From Sphaeroforma arctica JP610 (lineage: Eukaryota): a stretch of DNA of 42,465 nt. Numbering within the stretch: the stretch's first letter is position 1; every line of letters starts with the position of its first letter. The notes under the pieces are model-generated. The model did not search any database. It was given only the letters and a program-made list of their open reading frames with translations, and was not told where the DNA came from. Of this stretch, positions 1 through 15,558 are shown piece by piece. The DNA is taken from NCBI RefSeq assembly GCF_001186125.1, contig NW_014040348.1, positions 1 to 42,465 of the forward strand, read 5' to 3'. A program made the position numbers and the translations under genes.

Positions 1-1
1 T

Positions 2-604
2 ATATCTAAAACAGAGTTGGTTCTATATTCTGATAAAATGCACCGAACATCCGCCAATACCGAGACATCGTCTTATAAAACTGATTGTGCCGTCGTGTCC
101 GCTATAATCACGATTGCTAAAAATGCATCCAAACGCTCTCCACATTTCACTTCTGACAACATAGTGATTGAGGATTTCGGCGCTATCAGTAGCCAGAGTC
201 TCGCTTCAATAATGCGTGACATCACTGACGAGACTATACGCGGTGGCAAATGCGAGTATGAGAAGAGAAGCCCCAAAGCGGATCCATCTGAGGAATTCTC
301 GGCCCACGTGGCCCACGAATTACGGGAAACATGGGCGTTAAAGTCAAACCGTGGCAGGATATCCGTCATAGACACGACTATTTGGGCGCGAACTGCGGGA
401 TCAACGAACTATATGCATGACAATTATTATAAAGGATCTGTGGAGAACCTGGACTCATACATACCCAAGGCAACTCAAAATACCCAGGGCTCGTCTGTGA
501 AAGGTCAATTCAAGCGCCTAATTATGTGCAAAGTCAAAATCACCTCCAGACGCAAAACAGGCAAATTAGCCCATGTTTTGACTACTATGACGCTCAAAGA
601 ATAA
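2..604 (+). CDS. C-terminal part of a putative tyrosine recombinase (DIRS/Crypton-like); ORF open from the window edge
   Basis: Frame is open from position 2. Motif order resembles eukaryotic TE tyrosine recombinases: DCAVVSAI (CPVxAL-like), AISSQSLASIMRDI, AHELRETWA (HxxR), then W and DNYY about 35 aa after HxxR. Pattern recognition only. Confidence 0.4.
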   Translation: MSKTELVLYSDKMHRTSANTETSSYKTDCAVVSAIITIAKNASKRSPHFTSDNIVIEDFGAISSQSLASIMRDITDETIRGGKCEYEKRSPKADPSEEFSAHVAHELRETWALKSNRGRISVIDTTIWARTAGSTNYMHDNYYKGSVENLDSYIPKATQNTQGSSVKGQFKRLIMCKVKITSRRKTGKLAHVLTTMTLKE

Positions 605-1325
605 TATGTCTGAAAAGTATTGAGAAATAAAAACTAGTAAAATACTGATAATTGTAGCTCCTAAAGGGTTGATTTGAGGACAGTAGTAAAGTAGAGAGGG
701 GTGGTTGAGTGCAGTTTTTTGACGCCATACACACTTGCACATACGTGGACTTTAGTCTCTTTATGTTCATATATATTTACTTTACACGAACGTTTTGCAA
801 TCGAAAAAAATTATCTGAATAAATATATGTGCAGGTATTTAGTTACAAATCTAGATCAATGTTTCTATATAGTATTTATATATATTTACGGATGATATTT
901 TAATATAAAAAGTTGCCTCTGGACGCTGGAGTCTGATCCTCTGAGGGCTCAGGTCTGGAGCCTGGAGCCTGGTAGTTTTGTGTATTCATACCTTTAGATA
1001 TGTATTATATATAGCATTTTTTAGTGCGAACTGTCACTATATGATCACCTTGTATTTAACTTTCATACGTACTATATATGAGCCGCAAGGTTACCGATTT
1101 TGTCGATATTTAATAGTCGTGTGGATATTGATCTAGGGGGGGTTTTTTTTAGGTAATTGGTGTTGCTATTGAAGAGAGTCCATAGTCCTCTTCAAACTCT
1201 GCAGACTCACAACCGCGAAGACCAGTTCTGTTTATTCTATTTTTTTGGTTCGCATCTGTTATAAAGTATTTGATATTAACCCTTGCCTTCGATTTAGACA
1301 TTTGCCTCAAGGATTCGATTTCGTG

Positions 1326-1658
1326 ATATATTTTTTACTTTTTCAGACGTTAATATCACCCTCCCCCCGAGTGCTGTTGTTTGTGACGCCCCTTCTAGCT
1401 ATATTTATCTATATCACTAACCGAGACGCAGTCCAGAACCAATAACAACTATGGGAAAGTATGTGCATGTTGGAACGTTGTCGTTGCATACATATATATT
1501 TTTACTTTTTCAGACGTTAATGTCACCCTCCCCCCGAGTGCTGTTGTTTGTGGCGCCCCTTCTAGCAGCTATATTTCTCTATATCACTAACCGAGACGCA
1601 GTCCAGAACCAATAACAACTATGGGAAAGTATGTGCATGTTGGAACGTTGTCGTTGCA
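1326..1658. repeat. Tandem duplication, ~168 bp period, upstream of VTI1
   Basis: 1326-1488 is repeated at 1494-1658 with a few substitutions and a 3-bp insertion. Confidence 0.95.
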
Positions 1659-1980
1659 AATATAAATTTAGATATGAGGTATGAACCACCGACCACTCCA
1701 GGCTCGAGCCAGGTTTTCTATTTTTTCTTTTTCTTTTTCAAATAAGAGCAATATTTATGGTTATCAGTGAGTCACCGACTAATTTACTGGATGTTCGGTA
1801 CTTGAGAATTGATTATGTATATATTCATGTACTCTCAATTCTCATCTCTCTTTTAGGCGTTCGTAACAATCGTATCACAGAGTTCAAATTTAATAAATGT
1901 CTTTACAACGCTATGTACGGCAGACGCTACACACATTGTGAATCGGTAGCACATACAAGCTGTTGTGATCAGCCACCAAC

Positions 1981-3688
1981 ATGATGAACGCGATGCAATC
2001 CAATGAACAAGAGTTCGCAGAGCTTTCGTCGCACATCCGCAACATGATCGAGACTTCTGTAAGTGGTTTTTAAAGCAGCCTATGTAGAATAATTGCGGGT
2101 ATCGTTCTGTGAAATCTTTACTCTGGCTCCGTTTAAGCTCTACAGATATTCATGAGTACACTTCTTTTATCGTCTTTCTATGAAAGTAGTCTTCATTCCT
2201 CTTTTGGATGCTTATGTACCATATGCTGCGTTGTATGCTTCTATGTTTCTGAAATGTCTTGCACTTGGTTAGCTGCTTCTATCAAGTCTGCCCACTTGTA
2301 AATTTTGTACCTCTTAATAATAGCCTTCTATATTATCCTTTAGGAGTTGATGTTTTAATGGCATACATATTCGATATGCCTTCAGGTTTTGGTTTCAGGC
2401 TGATGAGCTTTCTGCCAGTTACGCATCTCTCATTTTAAGTGCGTTTTTGAACGATGCATAGTCCCTCCTCTAAACTGGCAGTTCACTGCGTGTCCGCCTT
2501 TATTGTTTGTTATTGATTCTGCTCATCTTGTTCTCTGTTATAGAGTATGGATCCTGTGCGTCAATGCCCAAGCCGTTTTGTTTACGAGCCCACACTCCCA
2601 TTTTGTATGTACACCCGCAACAAAGATCACATAGCATACAAATCGATACATGCGGCAGAATTATGCATGGTGTGAGTCTGTAGTGCCTAAATCAATTCAG
2701 TCTGGGAGCTCACTTCTTCTTTTGTTTGGACGTTCGTCGTGTAGCGCATTTATTAGTGAACCCGAATTTGCAATGCTTATATCCAAGTTTCTGCCTGCCT
2801 TCGCGCGTGTCCTTTTATTGGTATGATTTCCCGTGATTCGACCCCACAAAATATGGGTTTACACTATCAGCTACTATTTCACTGAATGTTGGATATATCA
2901 TTGAGGTGTGTTCTGTGGGGATACCTGGTTGTATCTGAGTTGAGTGTCCACCGGTGAGCACATGTTGGAGTTGGAATCAGCATAGTTCCTATAGGGTACA
3001 CATTCAGGACATGGTCGTTCTACATTGCTCAAAACACCTTTTTAGCATTGATAATCGTACTTACAGTAGTAAATTGGGTTGTTTATATACTTTTCAGGTT
3101 AAACCCGCCTCCAGTTCGGCGAAACGCAGAGCTGTTGAAACCGTGGAGGCTGATTTGGATGAACTCTCAGATATCGTTGAGCAGATGGAACTAGAAGCGC
3201 GAGAGTATAGTCAGCCACAGCGAGGACAGCTACTGCAACGTGTGGAGACTTACAGACAAGATGCTCAGGTGATCAAGAAAGAGCTGCGCAAGGCTGCTGT
3301 GGCGTATACCGAGCACTTGCGGGACGAACTCGTAGGGGATGCCGGTGGGTACGATAACGAGGATATGACGGGCAGTGACTCAAGGCAGCTGCTGCTGCGA
3401 GACACGGAACGGATACAGCAGACCAGCAGAAATCTGCAGAGTGCGCAACGGCAGGCGCTTGAGATCGAACAGGTGGGCATTGGTATCATGGATAATCTGA
3501 ACTCACAGAGGGAGACGATCAACCACGCGCGTACAACGCTGGATGAGACAGACTCCAACCTGAAACGGAGTATGCGCGTGGCCAATGCGATGGCACGGCG
3601 GATTGTGCAGAACAAGGTGCTCATGTACCTGATTATAGGAAGCATCCTGGCGCTGATAGCGCTTATCATATACCTGAAGGTTACGTAA
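1981..3688 (+). CDS. VTI1: Vesicle transport Qb-SNARE Vti1; exons 1981-2058 and 3098-3688; 222 aa
   Basis: Exon 1 MMNAMQSNEQEFAELSSHIRNMIETS|GTAAGT joins in phase 0 to ttttcag|VKPASS. The protein has a Habc-type N-terminus (DIVEQMELEAR), a SNARE motif (EQVGIGIMDNLNSQRETI) and a C-terminal TM anchor. Confidence 0.93.
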
Positions 3689-4904
3689 GTGGTCTGTGCG
3701 TAGTACGCAAATGATCAGCAAATTCATTAAAATGGACATAGTAGTGTGGCAATGGCCGGTAATGTAGTCGGTGCCACATTGTAGTCTGGCTTAGCGTGGG
3801 GTGTTTTATCTTCTCTTTAGAATCACTTAAATGCAAATGGAGCCGCAGTCGACCAATCATGTATATATGTTGGAAACGACGTGAAGATTCCCTGCATCAT
3901 TATTATATACATATATTCATAGACTGATATGTCTCGTGCTCTGCTTAGTTGTAGAGAATTTTTAACCTGTTTTAGTTGTTTGAAATAGTATCAAATTGAA
4001 AGGAGCGAAATGCACTGTTGCAGCTAATCCATCTATTCTTTTCCGTTCTATACATAGCTAAATTATCATCTCGCACTCTTGTTGAAGAGTGCCTCGCGTG
4101 GTCTATATGACTCCATTGAGTTCGAAATCAGTCTATTCGTTCGATTGAAATCATTTCAGATCACTGTAATTACACGTGTACGACTAGCAAAATAATTTTA
4201 AAAAAATGTTTGTGATATGATAAACCAGTAGGTGTGCATAGATTCCAGTAGCTTTCAATCGAATCGGTCGCGTTGACGAATCCTGTCTTCGAATTTTGGC
4301 GCTTGTAAGGACCACAAATGTGGGATTGCATCGTCCCAGAACTTAGGTTCGACGTATCTATTGTGAGAAAGAACTAAAGGTTGGATCTGATATTAAGGTG
4401 TAAATCACACCGCAGGTCTGTTTCATACACTGGTAAAGGCACAACGGCAGGTACTATGTCACCTTATCTTCTCATAGCGACAAGGTTCAAGAGTTTGAGT
4501 AAAACAACCTCATGGAGCTGAACACAGTCAGATTAGTTCGCATATGCGCGAGATATCTGAATACTGTTTATAGGGTACATGACATAGGATGCTTATCTGC
4601 CACACTCATGTCTCATTGCTGACGATTCTGAGATGAAGGGCTGACGGGAACTGCCGTGCTGTACATCCAGTCATGCAGTCAATTTGGCCGTGCTTGTGGA
4701 CCTGAAACAATTTGATTTGTAAGACTTCACGAACACTACACGTCCGAGCGACAGCAACTCCTCGTGAATCTGCATCCTTGCGAACACGGTGGATCAGATT
4801 AATTGACGATTTAGTCAATGTAAATTCGGAGTAAATATTGATTATTTAATTCCTATATTCTGTTTAGAATCTAAATTTTAACTCTCGGTGGGAAGCTCGC
4901 AATT

Positions 4905-7667
4905 CTAAGCAGAGGCAGTCGACTCTAATTTCCTTTTCTCGTGCTGAAGCGACCGTTGTTTGTCTTGCTCCAACTCCTTCAGTCTGGTAATCCAGCTGGC
5001 TTCATTCTGCGATGATGATCAAAAAACCATACACCAAATCACAAAAAAAATCAGTTCTGCACATCAAAACTAGCCTTTTGTGAGCGTTTAAGGCATGTAC
5101 AATACACTGCGAACAGAAAATCTCCACCCATTTTACAACAAACCAAATTCAAAACGACAATTTATGTTATATTTTAACCAAACATATCAGCAGATTAGAA
5201 GTATATACGTCGCATCAAAACCACATCCCAAATACATACTTCCTTCATTCTTTCGCGCTGCCTTCGTAATTTAGCCTCCATCGGATCTATTCGCAACCAA
5301 GCGCTCTGCAAAGCGGCGCCCAGTGCCATGATACTAGACAGGAATGGGATTCAGATAAGGAAGAAAAAACGACGTTGATGTTCATCTCATCGTATGTCTA
5401 TATATTAGGCATGTGTATATGTAGATATGTATGGAAGATGTATGCGTGTATGTGCGGGTTTTTTGGGCGTACGAGTATGTAAGATGCTTCGAGTTACTGT
5501 ACCTCGCTTTCACGTGTCTTGACAACTAGGGTGATCGGACGGTAATGTTTCTATGGCAAACCATATAAACGACATACACACACAAAGGGAGAGCATGCCA
5601 TCGGACAAACGATATAAACGACATACGCACACAAAGGGAAAGCATGGCATCGGCATATGCTGAGATGAACTATGAAGTGTCGACTACGGAGAGCATACAT
5701 ACCTTAAACACCCTACCAGGGCAAAGGCTAATTTCGAGAATGTAGTCCTATTGAAATCTACCGATGGGTGTGCCGCCTCTATGCTGATCGAAAAAACAAT
5801 AGTGAAAAGCCGGTGAAAGACGATACCGGCCATGCACAAATTTGTTCTGAACTACGTTTCGGCACAAACCCGTTTGGAAGAAACACTGCTATGACTTTAA
5901 GGGGCAGTTGTACAAAGAGCCAAAATACCGCCATCTCAGACATACTAATAAAGGTGAGGAGCAACGGCTAATATGTACCATTGCATAACATATCTGATAA
6001 AAATAATATAGGAGCATCTGGAAAGTATACCGCTCCAGCATTGCGTCTGCATAATTTAAGATATGGATACTGGGCATAGTTCGTGCTCCAAATGTCTCTT
6101 GCTGAGGTACGAGGCCTGAATCTCAATTGTGTATTCTGCGATGAAAATCCGCTCGAGACTTGGAGTTTCTCTACGTGAAGTCATTGTCGTCCCATCTTTA
6201 CCACCGAAAGAGATATTAAAATTACAAACACTAGGCTGGCAAAGCAAATGAAAAATTTTACGATGTCGTTCATATGTTGACCGAGATAATATAGCTTGGT
6301 ATATACATGGATGTACTTTCAAAGTATATATTGAAATAGTTGAGTAGCCCATTGAGAAACCGTATGCATGTCGCGCACACCATACCTTGAGGTCTCTGAA
6401 ACCCACTTCTAGTGGTTGCCCCTCGATAGCGCATGTCGTGCAGCTTCTGATATCCCGTGATCAAAACGGAAAGTAACTCAGTGATTACCCTCGTCTTGCA
6501 CATTATTAAAAAACTTAGTAGGCTAGCCGCATGAAAATATCCATCCGTCAATATCGATATATGATCCAAAATGTCAATAGAGCATATAAGGTTTGTGTTG
6601 GAAAATGGTTCTGAAATATCGCGCATACTTGGTATTGATATGTTGGCAGTAACAGCATGAGCGGTATTATTTGAATACCAGAGAATACATTACTATTTGG
6701 GCTGACGACAAATAGTCGGTGGTAACAAGGTTCCAATTCCCACGCGTTCTCCAGTACTTAGGTGCGAAGAGTGGACTCAAAAATTGAGGCTGATACCACC
6801 AAGTACTACTAATAAAAACCCCACTTAGTATCAACTTACTGCTGCCTACATTTCATAACACGCACAATCACACCTACAACGTGTACTAGCAACAAATAAT
6901 CTACAAGTCACCTCACCTTATATTCGCAAGCCAAACTCGCTATTACTAACCTGATCATAGGACCGGCGGGAAAGGGGAGTACCCAGCACCTCGTAAGCAC
7001 TACGGACCAAATCATATTGTGAAGTCGTCCTCGATCCCTGTATAAATTATAAATACATTATACGTTATGATACATTGATTTGTTCTCCTCGAATAGACCA
7101 CTTGTCACAAGACTAAAGAAATCAAACCTGAGCACGTTCAGTCACCCTCAACCCCAGATTCCGCTTGCCTGGAAATTGTGGTACATATGCAAGTCAGGGT
7201 GTAGCTGTCTTGAAAGGGCCAGATACCGGTCTTTGATCTCCTTCTCAGTAGCCTTGTCACTGATACCGAGAGTCTGAACATAATTATCAGCGTACAGTGA
7301 GCTTCTACAACATGAATCGAAAATGCAAATACCATATTCCACATCTAACCATGAGTTCAACTATACAAATCCAATAGATATTCATATTGGCATCGCCGTC
7401 GATTGATTGAAAATGGCTGCTATATATGATAGAGCCTTTTTTAGTAGACAATCAGGTATCTCTGTAAGCATGCGACCTCAGTATTGACAACCCCTAAGTC
7501 CCTCACTAACACCATACGTCTACACAATCGGTACTTACCTCATAGTAACTCCCCGGGAATGCGACCGTTCGGATCTGACGCTTCGGCCATCGTCCGATCA
7601 CCGCAATCTCAACCACACATGTCTTCAACAAACCACACCTTGTTGTCAGCATATTCGCTGCGTGCAT
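4905..7667 (-). CDS. DnaJ/Hsp40 J-domain protein, probably mitochondrial (DNAJC4/DNAJC30-like architecture). Exons 7667-7539, 7273-7169, 7037-6951, unresolved middle exons, probable 5333-5240 and 5006-4905
   Basis: Spliced J-domain: ...PGSYYE|TLGISDKATEKEIKDRYLALSRQLHPDLHMYHNFQ|GSRTTSQYDLVRSAYEVLGTPLSRRSYDQ (YYE-LG, HPD, AYEVL...YD). The N-terminus is Arg-rich and acid-poor. The two 3' exons splice to each other in frame, but their link to the J-domain exons is inferred. Confidence 0.8.
5563..5653. repeat. Tandem duplication, ~49 bp period (intronic)
   Basis: atataaacgacatac.cacacaaaggga.agcatg.catcgg occurs twice. Confidence 0.85.
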
Positions 7668-7763
7668 ACTGAGTCGAGTTCTATAAAATCATAGCCTCCT
7701 CTACTAGAGAGAGAGAGAACAATCGATACTCGATTCATTTTCGTCATTATTTCTTATTTATAT

Positions 7764-7844
7764 ATCATGTTCGGACTTATCTGCTAGTAGGGTTCATTTA
7801 TTTTTATTTTTAAATCATGTTCGGACTTATCTGCTAGTAGGGTT
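7764..7844. repeat. 31-bp direct repeat, 50 bp period, upstream of the J-protein gene
   Basis: atcatgttcggacttatctgctagtagggtt at 7764-7794 and 7814-7844. Confidence 0.9.
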
Positions 7845-7895
7845 ATGTACTGCTCCAGGGTTTAGTTGCATTTTTTTGATGTGAATCTTTTAGGG

Positions 7896-7976
7896 GGGAG
7901 GCTATGATTGATGTGTTTATTATTTTGGGAGGCTATGATTGAAGTGTTTATTATTTTGGGAGGCAATGTTGATGTA
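7896..7976. repeat. 31-bp minisatellite, ~2.5 copies
   Basis: gggaggctatgattga.gtgtttattatttt is repeated. Confidence 0.85.
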
Positions 7977-9313
7977 CTGTATCCATGAACCTCTGGATGC
8001 GAGAGTAGAGGCAGGAAAAATAAAGAAATCGTCAATCCCCTGGGTGTTCTATTCTTGAAGAGGCTATGCCTGGGGACGGAGGATTTTCTCCTGTTCCGTG
8101 TCTCTCTATTAGAGAAAAGGTCACGACATATCATCACTTGTGTGTTTGTTTAGCGAGCATCCGAGCACCGCCGAGCACATGCATATCTGATAACTCAATC
8201 GTTAGGATTGCTTAAGGCTGTCTAAAGCCAGACAGGATAGTAATACCGAGAAGTGTACTCTTAGCATACTTCAATTCCTACTATTAACATCCTTTGGCAT
8301 TTTAGTGGCCATGAAAATGTACATTACACTTTAACATGGATATCTAGTTATCTAGACATATACTCGGTACAATGCTGCATCTTTTTGCATTGTGGTACTT
8401 GTGAGAACATCAATAGCAGCTGATTTTCTATTTATTAGTGGAGAGATGAGCCAGGTACCCACACAGGCTTTTAAAGCGAGACTACTGCGGCAGGAAAAGT
8501 TCCAGAACTTAGAAATGACCAGAACGTGGCATCAACATTTGTCAGACAACCGTGCGCAAGGTTTATGGCGAGCAAATGATAGTATAGCAAAACTACTGTA
8601 AACGCCTGCACTATTGACGTGTGCCGAAATTTGTAAATAGAGTTTATCTTTGTACACCAACTAGAATAGTGGCGTCGACGCAGACATGGGGGTGAAATTA
8701 GCACTCACATGAAGAGCCAGCATTAAACATGAACACAACTCATACACCGACCTTACCATCCATATATCTCAGTGTCTAATAACTACCTAAGTTGATGGAG
8801 AATAACAAGCAGTGAGAACAGTATGGTTCAAAGGTACGATACCGTCATAAACATCCCGACAAATCAATTTTGGTCCAAATCCGAGCTGTGTTTTTATGTG
8901 CCTAAGCTCGGTTCATAGTGAATGGTATTCTTTGGTGACGAGATTGTATCAGTATAATCAATGGCGTGGGTGAAGCCTTGCCTCGCGACCCCGTAACTTG
9001 GCGGCTACTTGGCTACTGATTAGCAAGCAATCATGTCGAAGTCAGCGGCATTCGTTGGTGCAATTAATCAAGAAGCCTCAGACTTGCTAAAGGATTCGCA
9101 ACGCCAAGCTCGAGACGGGCACGGCTATGTTGCAATTGGCATTCCGTGCGTCTGTGGTATTTGCGAATCCTCACATTTGACAGACTCTTTTGAAATGATG
9201 TATGAGCTGCTCGCAATTGATGCCTATATCGTTGAGGTCGAGTACTCGAATACCTCTACACGTACCTAGCCATGATTCCACACTCCGGTGTATTCGATCC
9301 TCGTGCATATTCC

Positions 9314-12460
<3,147 letters not shown>

Positions 12461-13341
12461 ACTGGCTAAGAATGTAAGGAATTTCTGTGCTCGTACTGTA
12501 ATACCTCTTGCTTGTGTCTATAAGCCCGAGTACGCGCGTGCAATATTTATTCGTATGTACCAGAGTCATTACATTAGTAACTTTTTTTCGGAAAAACAAC
12601 AAAAATACTCCAGTCCCCTGAGCCCTGAGGAGTGAGGAGAGTTCCCCTGATGACATCGGCCTCCGGCCTCCGGCCTCTGGGCCGCAGGCCGACAGCCACA
12701 GTCCCACGTCCTCCCTCTCGTTCTTTTTTGTAAAACTACAAGGCACTACTTTTATCCCTTGTGCTCTCTCTGGGAAATAGAAGCTGGTTTGAAAAACACA
12801 CTTGAAATAGACCATTGTTGACGTTCAGTTTATTGTTTGTGCCTCCGAGTTCACTGTTTGGATGATCGGGCCCTACAGTGTGTTACTTCTCTAAGTATCT
12901 TCCATAGTTGCTTTTATTCCCTTCTCAGTCAGTCTCTACCAGATAGATTCATATCTCTCTTTCTCTCTCTCTCTCTCTCGTGGTCTTCTTTCTCTCTTAT
13001 CCCTCACCAACATAACCAACTATCCAGTTCAGGGTGGAGAGGTGCACCAATGCATCCTGCCATAAGGTATATCTCTCCCGCAACTTCTACTCCACTTAGC
13101 TGTCAATCACTCCCGGCTCTATATCAGCTGTCAATCTTAGAGTGTTGTTGATGTATTAATATCGGTTTGGTACACCGAGTACCAAACTCCAGTGCTGTCG
13201 GACCTTACACCTTTTGTGTTAGTTTTGTTATGATGAAGCAACAAAAAAATCTGGGGCAAAAGAGGACTTTCTTGAGTCCCACACCTGGAGACTTGGGACA
13301 GATTTAGGCGCTGAGTAGAATACACGATGACTTCGCAGGAT

Positions 13342-13436
13342 GTGACATAGGGATAATATTATTTATTTCAAAAATGGCAAGTATGTATGATACAATGTAT
13401 GAACATATGGTATGGCTCTCATAGTCGGTGACATAG
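13342..13436 (-). mobile_element. 77-bp insertion of the LINE 3' end flanked by a 9-bp TSD (GTGACATAG)
   Basis: 13347-13427 matches 18304-18384 at 80/81 nt. GTGACATAG lies at 13342-13350 and 13428-13436. Confidence 0.85.
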
Positions 13437-15527
13437 TGTTGCAGATTGGGGCAGATACGACAAGCTACTACTAGAAAAGCCCCCGATCATTCAGTGCAAG
13501 CTCACATATTACTTTGTAGAGCTTCGCATACTATATCACCATTCAGGCAAATCTTACCACGCTTGATGAGTCTCAACTTGCGCTTTGGATGTAGAATTCA
13601 AGTTGTACACAACTATTAGGTATACTTGTGTATATTGCGGTTTCACGAATGTCCCGGTCGTATGAATATATATACGATATGGAGAAGAAATAATACAAAG
13701 TAAATGGTTAATGACGGATCAAGTGGTTGGGGTAATTGCGTTTAAGCTGTCACGCTACAAGCACGAGGTAGGCTTTTTATTGATTGAAAACCTAAGACTG
13801 CACAATACATTCCTGGGCGAATTCCCGTAAATTTCCTGCACTGAAAGGTTTGTTGGATCAGTAACTCCTTTTTTCTTCTTCTACAGAATCAGAGAAGTCA
13901 AGTTCAAATCTTGTCTTGGGTATATTTTGTGATGAGAGCCAATCAGCTGGTACTAGATCAGCGCTATCTCCCAGAGAAATACATCCAGGAGCAAATCGTG
14001 CGCACCGAGATCGAAGTACTCGCGACTAGCTTGTTGTAGTGAATAAAGAGAATGGCTGAACCAACAAACCTAACAGGCAAATTTAAAAGGTTGAATATGG
14101 ACACACCGAACCTGTCAAAAGAAAAGCTCTCATAATACAGTATATGATAAACATCAAAAGCATTGCAAGATGGAAAAAAACGTACGCAGCCAAAATTAGC
14201 TTTTGCAATCTCAGCACTCTGTGTAGTGGCCAGATTAAGTTTTGCTGGGTTTGGGACCGATATGGATATTAGTAAGGACGAATCGATAAGAAGTAGTGAA
14301 AGTGATATAAACACTACAACAACACTGCATACTCTCGTACAGCAAGAAATGTTATTTTTAGTAGAAATATATCTCATCGAAGAAAGCCGTCGGTGATCAT
14401 CAGTTGATCTGCAAGTAAATAAAGCTGATATCTTAGAGCAATTTCAAGTAGTGCACAATGTAACAGCAACTCAAATAGTACTGAAAGCAAACAATGGTTG
14501 TTGGCGACTAGTCGCAGACGCCGATGAAACCAAGCTTGACAAGGATTCTATTGACGATATAAATTGTGTTATGTTGGTGATCTGGGAATGCTCGTCTGCT
14601 ACTTGGGTTGTTCCTTAGCAACAGTTCAAACGTATTCTGAGAGACATTGTTGCTGGAAACAACTCTAGCAATTCTGTATGAGGTAAAATATTGCATACTA
14701 AGTTGTTGCCAAGTCTGGTTGAATCTGCTATAGTTATTGTCGCGTTCGTAAACAGAGAGAGAGATCTGTGACCCGTAGAGTAGTGAATTGCGAACGTCTT
14801 TTTATGTTGATATTTATTACTGGCATCCGAAGTCTTTTCATCTTCACCTGGTTGTCAAAATTAACTGCCAATTCTATAATTGTATTTACATCGGTTTCAT
14901 ACTATGGCCATCCCACAACTCCAGCTGCGAGTCTCTAGCATCATTGCTAGAGATAGAAGCTAGTTCTCAATGTTGAAATACGCATGTGGGTAATAAACTT
15001 TTAATCTAAGGTCGTTTCCGAGCTTCCGAAATACATACAACTCGAGTTACCATCGTATATTAGCACATAATTCAGAGGTCACTGCCTATAAAGTGGTAAG
15101 CATGATCAGTACTGATGGTTCACACCGAGGTCTTCAATCGTTTTTCTAAACATGATGACCTTGCCGTGTGCTATGCAAAGCACATATTTACTGCCCCATT
15201 TCTGATGTCCGTTCATCTTTACTGCGCTACTGTAGGCAGAATTGACCTTAATAGTCGGTTTATCTCACACACTCCATGTGTATCGGTTTGGGCATGCTTA
15301 TGTCGGGAAGTGTTGGGAACGCTATGTGTACACGCAACTCCCGGGGGTATGATAAATTCATAGAAAAGTACAACCTACAACATGAGAAATGGTAAATCGC
15401 TCGCTTTTACTGATTTCACCTATATGTATATTTAAGACCCGATCCAATGTATTTAAATCTGAACGCCGATACTCAATAGCACAATGCTAGCTCACTGCTA
15501 AACAAATTCTACTATATTTTCACGAAA

Positions 15528-15558
15528 GGGGGGGGGGGGGGGTGGGGTGGGGGGGGGG
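15528..15558 (+). repeat. Poly-G tract, G-quadruplex-capable
   Basis: G15-T-G4-T-G10. Confidence 0.85.

Noticed and set aside
2954..3097. N-terminal extension of the VTI1 ORF from the GTG start
   Set aside because: Intronic. A better first exon exists at 1981-2058 with matching splice phase.
3683..3690. GTAAGT overlapping the VTI1 stop codon as an extra intron
   Set aside because: The protein is already complete after the TM anchor and no downstream exon is evident.
3265..3739. Antisense ORFs over VTI1 (likewise over CWC15, pol and SET8 exons)
   Set aside because: Shadow frames of real coding sequence with no independent motifs.
7764..7976. Spaced ~31-bp repeats as a CRISPR-like array
   Set aside because: Only 2-3 copies, no series of unique spacers, no cas genes, and a eukaryotic context.
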